Source of the DNA: Balanoglossus misakiensis
Taxonomy: Eukaryota > Animalia > Hemichordata
Assembly (NCBI GenBank): GCA_040954595.2
Contig: CM082580.2
Span: 11,112,909 to 11,176,908, forward strand
DNA length: 64,000 bases
Reading direction: 5' to 3'
Program-made: the position numbers and the translations under genes
Notes under the pieces: model-generated
Told to the model about the DNA's origin: nothing
Seen by the model: only the letters and a program-made list of their open reading frames with translations
Databases searched by the model: none
Shown here: positions 36,124 to 49,063 of the stretch, in pieces
How the letters are laid out: each line of letters begins with the position of its first letter
Numbering within the stretch: the first letter of the stretch is position 1

Positions 36124-39100
36124 GAGAAAACAGGCAGTTAGAGATATTGGCTTGCAACACACAAAACGAGTTAACTTCTGAACAGGTTTGACTTTATGAG
36201 GCTTATAAACTTTTACAAGTGAAAGCGCCACGGGGTAGTATCCCGGGAAACGCAGGCGCTGCACCTTGATCTTGATACCTGTACTGCAGTTAACAATTTA
36301 TGGGCACCGATGATGCCACGCTTGACGATGGCGTCTGTATGTCCATACGGCAATGTACATAAATGGCACTGCCTTGGGATGTGTCGACCTGAGGAAATGG
36401 CGAGGTGGCGATTTGTCAGTGCCACGTGTAAATGTCCACAGGTCTTGCTGTTGAGACACTTTATCATCTTGACAATCAAATGAATCGTTTATTGGTGGTT
36501 CTTTAATGTTGGAACGACAGCAAACGTCTACTTTCTCAGGCCCTGATGCTGTCTCCTCTGCTGAGCTACAGTCTGACTATACTTTAACATGTGAATATGT
36601 GACTTTGCATCTCGCGCAGAGGCAATATTCTCGCTAAACCTGTAACTGTTTCCTTTGAAGCTAATTCGACATAGACATTCAGTTTCTTTGCCATTTTACC
36701 CCTACTGCAGAGAAACCATGAAACATCTTCATCCTTAAGACAATCCTTTAATTTAGACTCTCACTCTCAGGAGAATTCTTCCAGCTAATACCGACATAAT
36801 TCATGCTTTCCGAATCGGACTTCAAGCGTTTTCACCTGCAAGCCTACTAATAACCGTTCCCATCATCCATCATTTCTCGTCGGGTCGACATCCTATCCCT
36901 GGGCCACATGCGCCAGGTCACCTGGCTTTGTGACTGATATTTGTTTTGCTTGCTAATGACTTTGGCAATATATTGCTGTCGCATGTTTCAAATCTTAATT
37001 GATCGCCAAAGCTATTCACAATCAACCATATTGAAATGAACCGCAACGCACCAACGAGAAATACCCATGAAAATAGCTAAGTTTTCTGCGAAAATATATA
37101 CATAAAGTTGTACACACGCCATAAATACAGTGCGAGCGAAGATATTTTTAGTAACGTTGAGGTATCTAGGGTATGTCTATACAATGAAGTCGTTGCGTGC
37201 AGCGATCAAAGAAACGATGAACGGCTGTTTCAAACTTTAATTGGCAAGAAATTCTGACGATCACAACTGTTTGAAGATCGCCTGAAAATCGATAGTTACA
37301 TTGTATACACAACGGAAGGCGTCAGTTTACGGTTCCCTGCTATTTACGAGATCTTGGAGCTTGCTACCACAGAGAAGAGCTACGGGCTAAACGATGCTGT
37401 CCCCTATAGTGAAATATTCACAGCGTTAACCAGAGCTTTCAAGATAAATTTCGTGACAGACGTGCAAAATGCGCCAAATAAGATTATGTGGAAAACCTAC
37501 GACGGATCAGAAAATTTCAGCGAATGTGCAAATAAATCTTTCATAGGAAACAGTTCTCGAAAACGGCGACGTTGTTGCCTCGCATAGTGAAGTCTCTTTT
37601 CTACTTGAAAGAAAAAGATTACGTTATCCCAAGGGGTCTGGCAAGCTTGTCACACTCGTCCATGGGACGTGTATGACTTACATATTAAATGTTCAATTGG
37701 TCCCTTGGATGCAATACTTGTCAAGATGGCTTGTCATACAAGAAGGCAGTGCAGATGATATGATGGTTCAGTCATTTCTCATTTCACTCTTGTAGTTCCG
37801 CAATCTGACACAGACTTATTATTTCCAAAGGTACAAACAAGTTTTCAGTTATCAAAAGTACAATGGAAGTTATATACACGTACATAGTGTATGTGCTTCA
37901 CAGACATCACTGCAAAGCTGTATCAGGACACAGACCCTGACATACACTCCCCTCGCCCCTCCAAGGTCAATGGTCAGAATAAACACACATTATGCTGCCC
38001 CCAACGGTACGGCTACATCGTCGGCGAATGTGACTTGCTACAATCAGTGAGAATCATGCACCTCATAGAAGACGTTCTCTTCGAAAGAAGAAGCGGCCAA
38101 GATTCTTCTTGTGTGAGGGTAAGTCTATGTCATTTGAACGTCTCGAGAGCGGTCTGCCCTTTTGAATGGCACTTGACTGCCACATTGTGAGGAAAGGCCA
38201 CAGAGATTTCAATTAGCAAAATGGCAGAAAGGTACGTCAAAATATTTCTCATCGAAATGAAAATGTCTGTTCATTATTCCGAAGAATAATAAAAAAAAAT
38301 CAAGGAAATGAAATTCATCTTTCAAATCGGGATTCGCGTCCATAGCAACGGTTCCATAGCGTACATTTGGTATAATAACGCACAGGAAATCTGTTTTTAT
38401 AGCCTTTTACACTTATCTATATTTATCATGATTGGATTTTTATTTCATTAACATTTGTACTGAAATGGTGCAGATCTTTGTTCTCGAATTTTTTCTCCAG
38501 TCGGCATTTACAGATGCGACCACTTTCATCTTATGTTGAGTCTATCGTATACTTGTGCTGAAGGATAGGTTTGAGACAAACGACTTACGTGGTCAACAGT
38601 GGCGATCATTCAAATGCCACGATGAGTTCGATCAAGCTACAGCTGCTGTGACATGCCACAGCCTAACTCTCTGCCTTTCCTTTTTAACATCCCAAATGTT
38701 GAATCAAGTTTGGAAGTACGTGTATTTTTCACAGTATTCCATTTTCCCGCTTTTACTCGATCGACTCGGAAATTGAAATACATGGACAGACAATCTGTCG
38801 GAGCAGCGCGAAGAAAGATTATCTTTTCCACCGTCTTCATGTAGTTAATGGTAATAAATATGCAAATTTAGAACGTCGATTAGGAGGAGAACGACTAATT
38901 TCATGCACAACATGTGGAATTGCGTGTCCAAGTTTGCCTTTCTTGACTTTAACTTCCCCCAAGAGTTGTTAAATTAATGTTTTGCATAGAATGTTTACAG
39001 AACTGCATGCTAAAATATTGGTGATTTTATCTGCTCTCCTGTCAGAGGCAGTGGGTACGATATTAGCCTTCTTGTCTTTATTTTATTAGACACTAGAGGC

Positions 39101-41302
39101 CAATCGTGTTACTGCCAGCCACTGCCGCATGTATGTACTTGTACCGGTATGTACAACGCATGAATAATGTGGATCCCACCTTTTTCAACATAGCGAGAAA
39201 CAATCTCTAGCCAACAATTTCGGATACGCGCGATATTGTCGCAGCGGGATTCAAAGTGCCTTGCCGTGACTACTCCGGCATACATACACGACATGAAGGT
39301 CGTGAGTGTTAAAGCAGTGCTGAGTTCCACTGCACAAATGACAGCGATGTTTCAGATGGATGGGCAGACGGGTAACACTCCGCCGAGAGAAAAAGTGCAG
39401 AACCCATACATCTGGCCCTCACCGATTTTAGAACAGGCGTGGCTCATAGTAAACTCGACAAATCACCACTACATCTTTGGAATCACAATATCCATAAATT
39501 TCACTTCTCTCAACAAGACATTGACGTGGCGATATGAAGATTACAAAATGTTGATTATTTCACGGCGTCGAATAACCTGCGAGTAGTATGTCACAGGGAA
39601 TTTGATCATCTTGCCGCGCCGAAATAAAAGATTCGGCGTATAATGATCAAGCGACACTACAATAAAGTTTTCGACACATCCTCACGATATCTGTAGTATT
39701 TCAGATACACCGCACTGTAAGATGTGATAGATATACAGGCAAATTAAATTTAAGGACTAAAAAATTTACGAACAATAAACGCAGGCGAATTTCCAGAGAC
39801 AATAATGAGATCCCCAGATAAACGATCATCAGAAGATTAATGCAAGTCGTTCTATATTATTTATATTTAAGACTAGAGGGGGCAAAAGAATGAATTCAAT
39901 TTCAAATGTGGAAAACACTGCTTGGTTGTTAATAATAAGTTTATTGAAAGCTATATTATCGCTGTTGCTGACACTTCAGGCATTTAAAATCTTACGTGAC
40001 TTCACACAAACTGCTAACCAAGAAAACTATTCGCCAGACGGTTGCTATACCTCGAAGGGAAGTAATGAATCATTATAGGGGAACCCATAATGACGTTATG
40101 GTTAATAATTCATTTTATCATCATATAACAACTCCTGTTTGTAGAGGTATTTAATTAAGTTTACGGTTGAAGAGAGATGGGGTGGTGATCGACCATCATC
40201 GAGTTTCAGAGAAATAATTGAGTTGACGCTGTGTGTTACCTCTGGGAGGGGCTCCATAATCCTTATGCTTATAGGATAGTTGGGGCTCAGATATGGGTAA
40301 TGAGTATGATTTCTGAGGCTGCGTTGCCTGTAGACGATAAAATTCTTCAGTTTCCCGTTAAATTACACTCTATAAACAGATTAACTGTTGAAATGTGACT
40401 GTTCAGTTGATGACACATCAGTGCAGAAAACATTATGATTTTGTCCGTTGTCATATTTTCACCCCACTTCAATATTATATGTTTTCATTAATTTTTTTAT
40501 TCGTATGAAATATAAAACATATCTAGGAAAGGATCTAGGAATGGTTGATTAATTTTAAATCATAATTGACTGAATATTGACTTGTATGGGGTCAGGTTTG
40601 AAAGTTGGCGTTGAACGCGAATGCCCCTTCGCAATTCATCTCGTCCTATTCTAAAGGGAATTGATCTGTAATTAAAATGCCAGTTACGGTATGCTATATG
40701 CGTATATACATGGCGGCACCTGTTATGATTTGAAGGAATTCCAGGAAATGTTGGGTTTTGTTTACCAAATATCGCTAAACATTGCTTGTTTTTAACGTCT
40801 TAAAATGTTTTCCCTTGGGTGTTATTAACGTCTGCAGGATAAGACATTGAAATCATCCAACAAAAATCATTCTCGTCTGTCATGACGTTATCTTCAGCAC
40901 GCACGTCACAGTCAAACGCTGTCAGCAAAAAACGTCCACAGCAGTTCCAACACAACCGCCTAAGTTACTCGAATTTCTAGACTAGGATAATACATTGCAA
41001 CGGAGGAATATTTAATTGGTGCGATCATGTCTTTTCTTTACGCAGGAACTCATTATCGGTAAAATCGAGTTAACACCTTTCCACTGACCCCAACATACAT
41101 GTAACAAAACGTCCCCCAAACTGCCTCATATTCTGCGCAATCTTGTATACGGGGTGCAGTAATTGAAGCTGGATATTGGCTAGTCACGGGCCATATACAA
41201 CTAAGAATTTAGTCGATAAAGCACCACCACACAAGTACATGGAGTAGGTGGCCTGTTAGTAAAGCCGGGCATTATAGTCTTCTACACTGGCTGCAAATAT
41301 CA

Positions 41303-41338
<36 letters not shown>
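41303..41338. repeat. (AGAC)9 microsatellite
   Basis: Seen directly. Confidence 0.95.
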
Positions 41339-43072
41339 TCTAAAACTCGTCAAATTCTCCGCGTCTCTATCAAGATTCATCAGACATAAGACCTGCACTT
41401 CAGTTTTGTGACATTTACCTTAACTATTTCACTTTGTGTTACGTCTTGTGAATTATGCATCCATTTGCCAACTATGAGTCCTCCTCTACGTCAAAAACCA
41501 AGAGAGTCTCTCTAATCGATTTCATAGGTTACGCTTCAAGGGCTTCATGCAGCTCCTGTCAAGAGGAGATTTATTCAGTGTCTCACGTGACCTTCGTCTG
41601 AATCTGGATGAGTTTAATATGCAGTGATACGTATCACACGCTTGATCACAGAACACGGTGAATTGGGATCACAGTTAATGGAGTGATGGCCGTCTGGAGT
41701 CGTCGAAATACCTGCTATTTAAAGGAAACACTCTCCAGAACAGGTCAGCGAAGACATAAATTTTGTCGAATCTAAAATCGGCAGTTTTTGCACGTATTAC
41801 TTGTGACATACTTTCTCCCAACCCAAGTTTTCCATAATAGGTCTCTCCTTACTTAAAGAGAAGTTTGTAACAGAAAGGGTTTGAAACTAATCATTTCAAC
41901 ATATTCGATTCAGTGAGGTATTCGTCTCGACTCCAGTTTGATCTTTCAATTGACAATAGTAGTAGAGATGCGTATGTACGGTTAATCTTCACTGCCATCG
42001 ACGAATCCTCACTCAGACTGCACAAACTGACCGCCAGCAATCAATTGGTTAATATTTTCGCAGAACACGTTTATCCTATCAATCTTCACATTATCTCCTT
42101 CGGCACACAGAGCTTGTAAATGAAAACCGGGCGGATGGTATAGAGATGTCGGATGGGACGACCCTTTTAATAGAAAAGACTTGCTATTCCGATGCCGTCG
42201 AGATAGGCGCATCCAAGATCGCCTGCACTTAATCAGCCTTTTTACTTAAGATACGATTGGATAGGGCAGAGGGCGTATGCTTTGGTATATTTATGGGTAC
42301 AAATGCAAACAGATAAACTCCCAGGTGTATATTGTATACTCCAGTGTAATCTATATAACAATTGCGATCCCAAGTGAGATTTTCCAATAGGTTATGTGCC
42401 ATAGATCAGCTGAAGATAAAATTTTAAGAGACTTATTCTAATCATAGATGTGCCTGACTCAACGGGTTGTCTTTGCTGAAATATCATCTTCAATATATTA
42501 CGAATACATTAAATTTCTTATTGCACTGATATTTTAAATGCGGTAAAGTGTCACTTCATCTCGCTACCTCAAGTTCAAACTTGGTCGTCACAAACATTAC
42601 TTAACTTACACTGTCGACAAAAATATCGTGCTGGCCTTATGCCACAGGGAATCTGACACACAGCATGAGGTTCCAAGATTGTGTGCCAATTTTGGGTTAT
42701 TCAAACATTTAACATGGAGTCATAGGCAAGGCTCTTTTCGGCATAATTTGGCGTAATTTTCAATTCTCTGTGATCCATAAATCGCCGCAGAAAGGAGCTT
42801 TTATTCTCTAAGTTCGCGGAATTGCTGGAATAATAGAAACGGCATGATTTTAACAGTGTCACGTTTCATACATTTCTTCGTGAATAATTTACGCTAAATA
42901 CTGAAGCTTGGTTCGGATGCGTTTTGAAGCAGCTATCAATTCATCCCGCGGGCTCTCTGGAATGAAAGTATTTGTAATGGGAAACTCCATTGTTTTGGAT
43001 TTTTAACATAAGGCGGCTTGCTTCGGCATTGGTTTCACACATAATTCACTAATTTCCGCGTATTCAACCTAG

Positions 43073-43234
43073 TGGAGTGTCAGATTTTCTGGTTACCACG
43101 GTTTCCCAGTCTCCATCCGGTTCTGCGCTTCCGGCCAGAAGGGACTCTTGGGAAATGGCCCGGAAGCAAACGAGGACGACCCAAAAGAAAGAGACATGGT
43201 CGCTATATATGACAAGCTTGTTACAGCTTGTGAG
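43073..43234 (+). other. Candidate 162-bp symmetric (phase 0-0) coding exon
   Basis: GC-richer island between an acceptor CCTAG| and a donor GAG|GTGAAA. Stop-free translation WSVRFSGYHGFPVSIRFCASGQKGLLGNGPEANEDDPKERDMVAIYDKLVTACE. Product not recognised. Confidence 0.25.
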
Positions 43235-44884
43235 GTGAAATATAACCAATTGCGCAATATAAGGACTTTACTATCATACATTTCAAATACAAAATATCAC
43301 ATGTATTTTAGAGATACTAAAAGTCCGCGTTTTCTGACATGCGCAATCAGACTCGATTAACAGTCTCCTCTGTCAAAGAGGGAAGCAGAAGTTTTACTTA
43401 GGCCTCTACATGTATAGATAGCAAATTATTAATTGGCGGTTCGTGCCTGTATATAGTGAAACACTGATACGAAAGAAAACGTACATGGCATACGTCAGTC
43501 AGTCAGCATATGGTTTAATACTCTTGGAAAATCTAATTAGCAATGTACAATCAAAGTAAGACCTTTTAGAATTCGGTTGCATTCTAATCTTATGGGACCA
43601 TCACTTATTGGACAAAACATGGTCACCAGGGAACTAACGTATGGAAACCGTAAAAAGTACATACCGGTCATACCAAGATATCTAGCAAAATTAAATCACA
43701 TACACTTAATAAGTTATTTTTAACCAACTTTTTTCGGATATGAATTATTTCTCATCACCAATTGACATTTTTCTATTCACTGATATATTTTCGTAATAAC
43801 TGAACATATTTTATGAGGCTGTATTTGAAATGTATACATCTCGTAGTCGTACATGGTTTAGGATTATCTTCTGCAAAAAGCTCCGGAACAGATAATATAT
43901 TCCAGCACGAAATCGTGAAACGAAGATGGCATAATTCGCTCCCCTCGTGTCACGTAACACTGCGCAATAATGAGATGTTTCCCACGAGTATAAGCGGCAT
44001 CAGAGAATCCTCCGATGCTTGTACATCCAAGGGCCCGATCATACAACTGAGCGCGCAGCTATCACCTTGGGGTCAGAGGTTACGATCCGCCAGCTGCTTT
44101 CATAATCAAATGATAGAGACCACATCCTCTTCAAAGGCGCATACATTTTTTTCTCATCTTCGATGAAAACCTGTCTTTAACGTACTTCCCTTTACAGGGA
44201 ATCTACTCAACGGAGTCAATGAGTACTCTAACATGCGAGACACTTAACTTGACCTGGAAGAAGCCAATCGTGAACTCTAATTCAAAACCCTGTTATATCA
44301 GCCGAATTTACGATGCAGTTTCCTTCTCGGGATCTTAGCTCATTGTTCATACACTTTGTGTCACCATGGTTACCAAGATAAGACATGAAAGACGATTTTT
44401 TATCGCGTCGATAACTGACCAAACCCAGGGTGCCGTTGAGCATGTCAACAGATTGAGTGATGAATATATCTCAACAATTCTTTGAAACAGATTATGAAAA
44501 AATGCATTCACTGCAAGCCAAGTCCCGTCTGTAGTGTAAAAATTCAAACATGGGGCTTACAGTGTAGGTTCCGTCCTTCAGTCTGATTGTAAACCGTATC
44601 TCAATTTGTTGGACACAATAATGCATGTATCCCTGGCGCGGCACGTACATGAACGTCTTTCGCCAATGACGGTCATTCAAGGGGCTTGATTAACCTCAGT
44701 TGAAGCAAACAGCTTCTCTGTATCGACCCACATTATTTAGTTTGGTCAAAGCAGGCCCCCTTTTCTACAAAGATAGTTAACGCCGTTACAAGACTGCAGT
44801 ATTATGTTATTATTCTGCCTATTTTGTTATGAATGTTACTGATTTTAAGGTATTCTCCACAGAGAAATACGTCATCAGTATTTA

Positions 44885-45290
44885 TTCGTCGAATTCCCCA
44901 TCAATAACATATTTGCTGAGGGAGAATTTACTAACAATGGACAAGGATTTCAATGGGTACTAATTGTGCAGAAAGAAATCTCAGAATTGCCTTCTTCTGC
45001 TTCATATCTGGATGTGATTTTAATTTGACTTTAACGGTAACCTTTCTACAAGAGATGAATTCAAGTTTGCTTTCCTTGACAGCAATATTCCATTCTCATC
45101 CACATGTAAAGATATACATTATTCTGCCCATTCGTTACGCATGAGGACATTTACGTACTAGCACTTCATATAGTGATTTTACAGAAAGACATGACCACCT
45201 CTCTTGCCAACTTAATCAAGGCTATTGTACACAACGGCCTGTTTCAACAGTCAAACGCGTTCTGGCAGTTGTCATGAGCTTGTAGTGCAG
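44885..45290 (+). mobile_element. Decayed Penelope-like retroelement reverse-transcriptase fragment
   Basis: Frameshifted but collinear PLE RT/thumb motifs: INNIF, MGTNCA (44953-44970), SSASYLD (~44993-45013), FDFNGNLST, RDEFKF, FLDSNIP (~45072-45092), IRYA (45130-45141), TSYSDFTERH, LNQGY (45211-45225). The catalytic YxDD segment between MGTNCA and SSASYLD is deleted. Confidence 0.85.
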
Positions 45291-47783
45291 TCTATCCCTA
45301 GAATGGACAAATGATCATTGATGACACACCTGACATCATTCATGGTCTTTTTTGCCACACACATGATGAACAGAATATGTCGTTCGCACGACAGTATGGG
45401 AGAATGCATTCATATGAATCAAATATGGCAGTTTATGCAGTAGGTGCAGTGGGCGTACATGTACAAACAGCTGAGTTGAGAAGTTTCACAACAGGAAATG
45501 AGACGATGACATTTATGCAAAGATTATCAGTCATGATATGCGCGATTTCTATTCTGTTTTGTTGCACGTTGTTCCGTAAACAAGAATTGCAAGCCTTGCA
45601 GTCGTGATCACGTGTTCAATTCAGCCCACCCACCCGGTGTACATCTTCCAAATAACAATATTGTATTTGAAGAAAAGGTAAATCACAAAGAGGTGGTATG
45701 GTCCGATAAATGAAGGAAAACGCAGGATGTCTTAGATTCTTGAAAAGGTGACGCGGTTATTCAACTTCCCCAACCAATCTAAGATTACTCAAGTTGCTTA
45801 TGGGAATGAAAATTCCATACTACTATTTCATCACAAAGGGTTGCCTAAGATGCACTGCACTAAAAACTGGGGACCCAGCCTGGAAGCTACATGTTCTACA
45901 ATTTTCATCATCGTACACTGCCTCGCGCATTATGTCAATATGGTGGTGTACCCTATCGTCGCTAGGCAACGTTACTCTCATGATTGGATTGGATTGGCAA
46001 AAAATAATATTCTAACTACTATAGACATTTTCCAATGTCTTGCACTGGCATGTTTCCTCGCATTTTGAATTCATCGTGAAATGTTAGATATTCAACACAT
46101 GTGCCCCAACTTAAATGGGGGATACGCCCTGACGTAAAAGGGGAATTTGTGCATAAATAAATGCATAAATTTCATGTTTGCACGGAGATTTGGACAAGCT
46201 GATCAATTTATGGCGAATTTTTGGCTTAATTTGTTGTTGTTTGCCGTCAGAACAGGTGTTTTCAAGTATACATGGAAAGGGGAAAATGCGAAATAAAAAA
46301 CCCGGATATCTGCCCTTTTCATAAAAACCCCGGAACGGAGACCGTTTAGGCCTATCCGCAGATCAGTATGTATACAGTAACTCCTGTGCAACAACCGTGC
46401 CGCATTCAATTGAATTCCGCCGGGAATTGGCAGTCATAAACTACCACAACCGCTGAAGTGCATAAAATTGAAGAGCCGTATAAAACAAAAATAACTTTCT
46501 CATGCTGAACTCAAGTGGAAAACGAGACGTAAAAGAGCGCGAGTGAGAGAATGTGACGATGGGTGGCGCGACCCACTTTTTTGCGGTAATGCTCTGACTT
46601 TTATTCCGTCATTTTTGCATTTTTGCTTTCAAGGATGCTCCAGGAATCTTGGTTTCTCATTTGAAATAACGGTTTTGATGGATATTATGGTGTGATCTCT
46701 CCCACGCTATGATCATCATCTCAGTCTATGACATTTTTTTCCAATTCCACACAAAATGGCAAAAAATACATACAAAGTAGAACAACGGTGTATACTCGCA
46801 TGATATCACTCTGTATCATTTGTTCTAATAAAGTTGCCTGACAGCCATTATGATACACATTTTCAGTCGGCTGAATTCTTCGAGCATGGCTTCTTTCAAT
46901 GCCTGAAAATGATCCTGTGGAGACTGTGTCATTGGCAATGACTTGTTTTTTGAATTCTGCCTGAAGCTGAAATTAGCATAATCTTGTTGGCAACTTAACC
47001 CAAGTAAGCTTAAATCGCATTTAGGCCTATTAGGTGAAAGGCACTATCTGGCACGAAACCAATTAGTAATATTCAGTGATGGAGAGAACCTGAAGCATGC
47101 AAAGGGAAAGAGAGCAGACCAGTGTTTTTCTCTATCATTAAACGTGTGGTTGAACAGCCAGACGCAAATAAATGATTCGTAGCCGTTTGTAAATGATTGA
47201 AATAACATGAAGAATACAATTACTGAATTTAATTGAAATACAACCTGCACGCAGTCAATTGGTTCGTTTTTATGGAGCGAACGCTGGAGTGAGCATTAAA
47301 ACTATTTTAATTTTAAAGAAGTGGTGTCGTGCAGTTATATCGGTCACAATGTGTAACGCACACAATGCCAAAAGTCGTATTTACGTAGAAAAACTGGGCC
47401 GGCTTCAATTCTGATCTCTGGCACTATTACTGCCTGTCTAAAACTGGCAAGAGAACCCAATGAATTGTCACGCTTCACAAGTATCGGGCTGAAAGTGACA
47501 TTTTCGAATCCATGTATGTCCATATGTACTTGACTTATAACTTGTTATAGTTTACATCGAAGCAGTCGTTGTATCTTGCCCACTAGATAAAATATGACGG
47601 GAGGAGTTGTTAATAAGTTTCCACCATATAGAACACGGCAATCCTGCTTTAAAAACGTGCGTGTCAGGTCAAGCATAGTGCAAGCCAATCACACACCGAG
47701 TCGTTAGATTTTATGTGCTAGCTTATTGATAGCAGCCAACTGTTTGGAATAAATCGTCGTGTTTTTTTCTCTCTCCCATGCAG

Positions 47784-48062
47784 CCTCAACGTCTGAGCTG
47801 AACTTTGCCTGGCTCTATACCAGCAGATCCGACAACTCCGCTTTGAAAGCAAAGCGACGTTTTGGATGCTGGTCCGCTTCAGAGAAATTGCACAGCATGA
47901 TTCATTTCGACAGGAGTGTATAAATTTTCGAGTGCCAGACAGCGATGAACTGCTAAACTCTGAGACGTCACCAGCAGACTACTCGTTCCCTACACACGCG
48001 GTGCGATCGTCATTCGTTCTGTGACACTTGCAGGATCCACCGTACAGGCAGCGGGAGTTTGG
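47784..48062 (+). other. Candidate 279-bp non-coding (UTR/lncRNA) exon
   Basis: Strong polypyrimidine acceptor TTTTTTTCTCTCTCCCATGCAG| and consensus donor TGG|GTGAGT bracket a GC-richer block. All three frames contain stops. Confidence 0.4.
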
Positions 48063-48921
48063 GTGAGTGGTTACTCTTGTCGTCTACCCTCATCTAAAAC
48101 GAGACCATATTTCATGTAGTTTACCCTTAAGCCAGGTTCTTTGCTTCTGTGTACATCTATCATTCTTAATGTGAATAAGTCAAGTTGGTCGTGATTTTCG
48201 CAACTATTTCCTCGCGTAGTGGTACGTAGGTGGGCCAGTTTCCTTGGGGGGTTGACGGTGTCTCAACCGTCCGCTCCTATCTATTCTGAACACTATGCGG
48301 CAATAACATAAGACAAGACATCTGGAATAGTTCGGACAATTGTTCTGGGGAAAAGTGTAACTATAGCCATTCCATATTCAACGTAAATACAGGAAACACG
48401 GATGTTTCAATCTTCTTTACTTCGCGTCACTTCTTCCTAACAAGGGAAAAATAACATTTCCTCCCGCCTGATTTCAAACTCACACGCATGACATATGCCG
48501 CTTCTGTGTGACTTACATATTTTAATCAAAGGTTCTTCTAATAACCGTGTTTTAATAATACTTCTGCATCAAAGACAGCATGGATTGCCTCCTTTTCATC
48601 AGCGGCGGATTTCTCTGTTCAATTTGTGTCTCCAAGATGAGTCACCGGAGTTCACCGACAAACCGACAGCTGTGCGACATGAATAATGCGTTTGGGTCTC
48701 AATGAGTGATTTGTTGCATGGCAGATGTTGACATCCTGTGTCACAAACTCACTTTTGTGGACATTCCGCAAATAGTTGGACTCCCCGGTTTGCCCATATT
48801 GTCTGTCATCTTCCCCAGCATACCATTAAATAACACAAAGCCTACATGTTCCCACGAAAGCCAAGTTATCAGAAGAAAGAATAACCAACACACGCCAGTC
48901 GAGTAGATTTGAAACAAGGTT

Positions 48922-49063
48922 TTGTCTGTCTGTCCGTCTGCCTGTCCGTCTGTCTGTACTTTTGTACATATATCTGTCTATCTGTACGCCATTTAAGTAT
49001 GTGCTAAAAGACATCATCCTACTACTGCTGATACTACTAACTACAACAACAACAATAACAACA
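48922..49063. repeat. Degenerate (TGTC/CGTC)n followed by (CTA/CAA)n tracts
   Basis: Seen directly. Confidence 0.75.
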
